Shown piece after piece: positions 59,477-64,000 of a DNA stretch of 64,000 nucleotides; within the stretch, counting starts at the first letter, position 1, and each line of letters starts with the position of its first letter. Position numbers and translations under genes: made by a program. Where the stretch lies: the NCBI GenBank assembly GCA_965112735.1, contig OZ218954.1:62001-126000 (forward strand), given 5' to 3'. Origin of the DNA: Phaeosaccion multiseriatum. Its lineage: Eukaryota > Protista > Ochrophyta, other classes. The notes under the pieces are model-generated. The model did not search any database, was not told the DNA's origin, and worked only from the letters and a program-made list of their open reading frames with translations.

Positions 59477-60931
59477 ATGGAGTGCATAGAGGCCAGCATC
59501 GCAGCAGTAGGCAGGAAGGAAGAAGCAATAGAGAGGGCATTGAGCGGTGAGGGCAGCTTTCTGGGGCTGAGGTTGGGAGGAGGAGCAGCAGCAGCGGATG
59601 AGGCCGCGCGGAAGGAGCTGCTGTCCCACCTGCAAGCCGTGAGGGAGAGGGAGAGGCAGCTGAGAGATGAGATGGGGAGAGAGGAAGCTCATCGAAGGGA
59701 GAGGGAGGCCACGCTACTACACGAGAAGGCGAAGGAGAAGGCCTACGAGAGGGGCGAGAAGGCGAAGGAGAAGGCTTATAAGAGGGACGAGAAGGCTCAC
59801 GAGAGGGACGAGAAAGCGAAAGAGAGGGCCTTGGAGAGAGAGAAAGAGCTACTCCTACTTCGTTTCGAGCTTCGACCGCCAGCACGCCCCCACCACCCCG
59901 ATGGCAAAGGAGAGGAGGAGGTCCAAGTGGGAGAAAGAAAGGGATGCCACAAGCGAAAACGGGGCACCCCTGGAGGAGAGGATGGAGACGGGGGAAGAGC
60001 GGCCTCTGCAACGGAAGGGCGAGTTTCTTCTCATCGAGCTGAATCGGGCAGCTGTGCACATGCCTTTGGCATGAAGGAGGTGTATGGAAAGGTGATGGAG
60101 CTCGTGGGGCAGGGGGAGTATGCTTTCGTCGCGACGGTGTGCAAGGAGTGGAGGGGGTACTACATCGTTGCGCACCCTGCCGAGACGAGCCAAAGGAGTG
60201 TAGTTGCCTCCATCGAGCGTGTGTACTGGGCCAGGAGGCACGGCTACGAGCTTACCGTCAGCACCTTGAGGGCTGCTGCTCGGTACGGAGGTGCGAGCTT
60301 ATGTAAGGCCCTTGTTCACATGGGTTGTCCCCGGGACCTGACGGTGTATAGATGTGCAACACGGAACGAGCGGCACAGGGTGAGTGTGCTCAAGTCGCTG
60401 TGCTGTGATGACTCGACTGCCTGTGCTGATGCGGCGGAGAGCGGGGACTTGGAGCTGCTGGAGCTGCTTGTGTCGGATGAGGTGGACGCACTCTTTGATC
60501 GGAATGTGTGGCACAGAGCTGCTCGGGGAGGGCGGGTGTCTGTGCTTGAATGGCTGCTGAACAATCCCAAGGTCAGAGCTAAGATGAAGGGTGTGCGGTG
60601 GGAGTATGATGTATGGGCGTATGGGCCTTTGTACGCTGCAGATGGCTCTCACCTCGACGCTCTACAGTGGATGCATGCCAACGTGCGTCAGTTCTGTCTC
60701 TGGAATGAAGACGTTTGCGTGTCCGCGGTGGAGGAAGGCAACAGCCTGGAAGTACTGCAGTGGCTGCGCTCAGAAGAGGTGGGCTGTCCGTGGGACGGGT
60801 GTGCGTGTCCAGAGACCATCAGGAGAGAGATTGAGGCATACGGGGAATTATGGGAAATCGACGAGGACGACTTTGAGGAAATCAAGGAGTGGGTCCATGC
60901 CAATGGGCACCCCTGCGACTGCGAGGACTGA
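59477..60931 (+). CDS. Coiled-coil / F-box-like / ankyrin-like repeat protein, copy 6 (484 aa)
   Basis: Intact paralog. Confidence 0.85.
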   Translation: MECIEASIAAVGRKEEAIERALSGEGSFLGLRLGGGAAAADEAARKELLSHLQAVRERERQLRDEMGREEAHRREREATLLHEKAKEKAYERGEKAKEKAYKRDEKAHERDEKAKERALEREKELLLLRFELRPPARPHHPDGKGEEEVQVGERKGCHKRKRGTPGGEDGDGGRAASATEGRVSSHRAESGSCAHAFGMKEVYGKVMELVGQGEYAFVATVCKEWRGYYIVAHPAETSQRSVVASIERVYWARRHGYELTVSTLRAAARYGGASLCKALVHMGCPRDLTVYRCATRNERHRVSVLKSLCCDDSTACADAAESGDLELLELLVSDEVDALFDRNVWHRAARGGRVSVLEWLLNNPKVRAKMKGVRWEYDVWAYGPLYAADGSHLDALQWMHANVRQFCLWNEDVCVSAVEEGNSLEVLQWLRSEEVGCPWDGCACPETIRREIEAYGELWEIDEDDFEEIKEWVHANGHPCDCED

Positions 60932-61791
60932 GGAAGGAGCGAGGGACTTATTCATAAACCTATCGAAGGACAAGAGAAGAACTGAAGATGGGATGGTCGA
61001 GGTCGAATGAATGGAAGTGGAGGAGGAGGGAGCGGGGGGGATGCCCATAGCAGACTGACTGGGTCCTGCCATGAGGGCTGCAGCGTCTGAAGAGGTGAAG
61101 CTTCACACCTCCTTCCTCCCTCTCTGTGTGCCTGCTGTATCACCAACTGCTACTGCTGCTGCTGTGGCCCTTCGAAGGGATAGATTGTCCATGAACAATC
61201 AGCTGAAACTCAAACTGTGTGTTCCTTTATCTTACTGTCACAAGTATGGCCTTGTACCGCTCTCTGCCCCCGCCGCTGTCGAAATGCTCTCCTCTGGACA
61301 TCGACATAATCATCGATATTGCAAATCGAGGTCGGCCAACATCCCCTCAAATGCTCTCCCACCCACTCTGCTCTCGATACATAAGACGTGTATCGTCGAT
61401 GCTGCAACACCGATACAGCTTCTTCATTCTCCTCCATTCGTCTCTGCTGCTGCTGGTGTCGACCGACTGGTGGTGTGGTGGTGTTACCTCCTCTCTTTGC
61501 TTGACTGCTGCTGCTACTAGTAGCCGTGCCACCTTCCTGCCATGAACAAGCCTTCACTAAGCCATTACTGCTGCTGTAATGTAGCAGTTGCGGTCCCTTT
61601 CCCTTGAGCAGCGTTGATCCCCTTACTGCAGCACGAAAACATGGGGGAATCAGCGAAATACAGGAAAAAAGTCGTGTGTTACGGACAGCAAATCGGTGCT
61701 ACGGACAGAGAGGTCGACACGAAAATGAAAAAGGATTCAAAATTCAAAATTCCCTTCATCCCGCCCCCTCTCTTCTGCGCTTGAGAGAAGG

Positions 61792-63270
61792 ATGGAGTGC
61801 GTGGAGGCCAGCATCGCAGCAGTAGACAGGAAGGAAGAAGCAATAGGGAGGGTATTGAGCGGTGAGGGCAGCTTTCTGGGGCTGAGGTTGGGAGGAGGAG
61901 CAGCAGCAGCGGATGAGGCCGTGAGGAAGGAGCTGCTGTCCCACCTGCAAGCCGTGAGGGAGAGGAAATCCACGCTACTACACGAGAAGGCGAAGGAGGA
62001 GGCTTACGAGAGGGACGAGAAGGCGAAAGAGAAGGCCCACGAGAGGGAGAGGGAGGCCACGCTACTACACGAGAAGGCGAAAGAGAAGGCTCACGAGAGG
62101 GGCGAGAAGGCGAAAGAGAAGGCTCACGAGAGGGACGAGAAGGCGAAAGAGAGGGCCTTGGAGAGAGAGAAAGAGCTACTCCTTCTTCGTTTCGAGCTAC
62201 AACCACCAGCTCGTTCCCACCACCCCGATGGCAAAGGAGACGAAGAGATCCAAGTGGGAGAACAAAAAAGAAAGGGGTGCAACAAGCGGAAACGGGGGAC
62301 CTCTGGAGGAGAGGATGGAGAAGGGGGACGAGCGGCCTCTGCAACGGAAGGGCGAGTTTCTTCTCATCGAGCTGAATCGGGCAGCTGTGCACATGCCTTT
62401 GGCATGAAGGAGGTGTATGGAAAGGTGATGGAGCTTGTGGGGCAGGGGGAGTATGGTTTCGTCGCGACGGTGTGCAAGGAGTGGAGGGGGTACTACATCG
62501 TTGCGCACCCTGCCGCCACGAGCCATAGGAGTGTAGTTGCCTCCGTCGAGCGTGTGTACTGGGCCAGGAGGCACGGCTACGAGCTTACCATCAGCACCTT
62601 GAGGGCTGCTGCTCAGTACGGAGGTGCGAGCTTATGCAAGGCCCTTGTTCACATGGGTTGTCCCCGGGATAAGACGGTGTATACATGGGCGGCACGGAAC
62701 GAGCGGCATAGCGTGAGTATGCTCAAGTCGCTGTGCTGTGATGACTGGAGTGCCTGTGCGGATGCGGCGGAGAGAGGGGACTTGGATCTGCTGGAGCTGC
62801 TTGTATCGGATGAGGTGGACGCACCCTTTGATCGGAATGTGTGGCACAAAGCTGCTCAGGGAGGGCGGGTGTCTGTGCTTGAATGGCTGCTAAACAATCC
62901 CAAGGTCAGAGCTAAGATGAAGGGAACGTGGTGGGAGCATAGTGTATGGGCGAATGGGCCTTCTGATGCTGCAGGTGGCTCTCACCTCTACGCTCTACAG
63001 TGGATGCATGCCAACGTGCGTCAGTTCTGTGACTGGAATGAAGACGTTTGCGCGTCCGCGGTGGAGAAATGCGACAACAACCTGGAAGTACTGCAGTGGC
63101 TGCGCTCAGAAGAGGTGGGCTGTCCGTGGGACGGGCGTGCGTGTCCTGAGTACAGCAGGAGATATCTTGAGGCACGTGGGGAGGAATGGGAGTACATGGG
63201 CGAGGACACCTTTGAGGAACTCAAGGAGTGGGTCCATGCGAATGGACACCCCTGCAACTGCGAGGACTGA
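61792..63270 (+). CDS. Coiled-coil / F-box-like / ankyrin-like repeat protein, copy 7 (492 aa)
   Basis: Intact paralog. Confidence 0.85.
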   Translation: MECVEASIAAVDRKEEAIGRVLSGEGSFLGLRLGGGAAAADEAVRKELLSHLQAVRERKSTLLHEKAKEEAYERDEKAKEKAHEREREATLLHEKAKEKAHERGEKAKEKAHERDEKAKERALEREKELLLLRFELQPPARSHHPDGKGDEEIQVGEQKRKGCNKRKRGTSGGEDGEGGRAASATEGRVSSHRAESGSCAHAFGMKEVYGKVMELVGQGEYGFVATVCKEWRGYYIVAHPAATSHRSVVASVERVYWARRHGYELTISTLRAAAQYGGASLCKALVHMGCPRDKTVYTWAARNERHSVSMLKSLCCDDWSACADAAERGDLDLLELLVSDEVDAPFDRNVWHKAAQGGRVSVLEWLLNNPKVRAKMKGTWWEHSVWANGPSDAAGGSHLYALQWMHANVRQFCDWNEDVCASAVEKCDNNLEVLQWLRSEEVGCPWDGRACPEYSRRYLEARGEEWEYMGEDTFEELKEWVHANGHPCNCED

Positions 63271-63865
63271 GGAAGGAGCAAGTGAGATGGAGGAGGGGGA
63301 CATACTCATAAACCTTGAGGGGGAACAGAGAAGAAGAATTGACAATAGTATGATCGAGGTCGAATAAAATGAAGTGGATGGGGAGGGAGGGGGGGGGTGC
63401 CCATGACAGACTCACTGAGTGCTGCAGTGAGGGCAGCAGCCCTTGAAGAGGTGAAGCTTCAGACCTCCTTCCTCCCTCTCTGCCTTCTTCCTGTATCACC
63501 AACTGCTACTGCTGCTGCTGTGGCCCTTCGAGAGGGATAGATTATCCATTAACAATCAGCTGAAACTGAAACTGTGGGTTCCTTTATCTTGCTGCCACAA
63601 GCATGGCCTTCAATTCAAGCCCCCCCCTCGGGATACCCGCTCTCTGCCCCCGCCGCTGTCGAAATGCTCTCCTCTGGACATCGACTTAATCGTCGATATT
63701 GAAAATCGAGGTTGGCCTTTGATACGTAAGACGTGTATCATCGATGTTGCAACAGCGATAGGGTCGATAATTTGATAATTTCATATCGAGGCCAATGTCG
63801 TTATCTATTTGCAACATCGATACGGTCGATAATGCAATGTCGAGGCCAATGTCGATATCTATCCG

Positions 63866-63956
63866 CTACTGCCACACGGCCTTGAGGCTTCCCTCCGGCG
63901 CGCCCTCCGCCCCTCCGCTGTCCACGGAGAGCATCTCCTCCTCCGACCACGCCGTC
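63866..63956 (-). CDS. Possible terminal exon of a gene lying beyond the window
   Basis: CTGAC branch-like site and TCAG acceptor, followed by TAWSEEEMLSVDSGGAEGAPEGSLKAVWQ*. Confidence 0.3.
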
Positions 63957-64000
63957 CTGACACCAGCCATACGCAACAGGGAAGAGTGGCAATGTCAGTT

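Larger units (their letters stand above)
47870..63760 (+). repeat. Head-to-tail tandem gene array, 7 units of ~2.3 kb
   Basis: ATG spacings 2371, 2302, 2285, 2278, 2343, 2315 bp; spacers are homologous. Confidence 0.97.

Noticed and set aside
33850-63270. Diversity-generating retroelement (RT next to hypervariable genes)
   Set aside because: The RT is a CRE-like non-LTR enzyme with RLE; no non-coding template repeat is visible; several variable columns contain no adenine (e.g. GCG/TTT/TGG), unlike A-specific mutagenesis
37619-63270. Functional link between retroelement RING domains and the F-box array
   Set aside because: Only proximity and a shared ubiquitin theme; they are separated by an unrelated methyltransferase gene and share no sequence

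Overview
Eukaryotic nuclear DNA, intron-rich and packed with simple repeats. It is most likely from a flagellated photosynthetic stramenopile (ochrophyte): it carries centriole/axoneme genes and a SufE-BolA with a signal peptide plus an ASAF-type plastid-targeting motif. 0-33 kb holds ordinary multi-exon genes: CEP76 (-), TMEM19/DUF92 (-), a calcium-dependent protein kinase (+), SufE-BolA (-), a possible small secreted protein (+) and CASC1/DNAI7 (-). 33-41 kb holds a ~7 kb CRE-like non-LTR retrotransposon (RT plus restriction-like endonuclease). It has an unusual N-terminus (ACP-like helical domain, C2H2 finger, two RING fingers), three -1 frameshifts, a 29-bp flanking direct repeat and a nested 282-bp TG..CA hairpin MITE. 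Two related TCGACCC-ended MITEs lie at 6.8 and 40.8 kb. A SAM-dependent methyltransferase (-) lies at 42-47 kb. 47.9-63.8 kb is a head-to-tail array of seven intact, intronless genes encoding coiled-coil, NLS, F-box-like and ankyrin-like regions; their differences cluster at a few repeat positions and are shuffled between copies in blocks. This array is the best candidate for an undescribed diversifying recognition system. Gene models were assembled by eye and domain calls are from motif recognition, not database searches.
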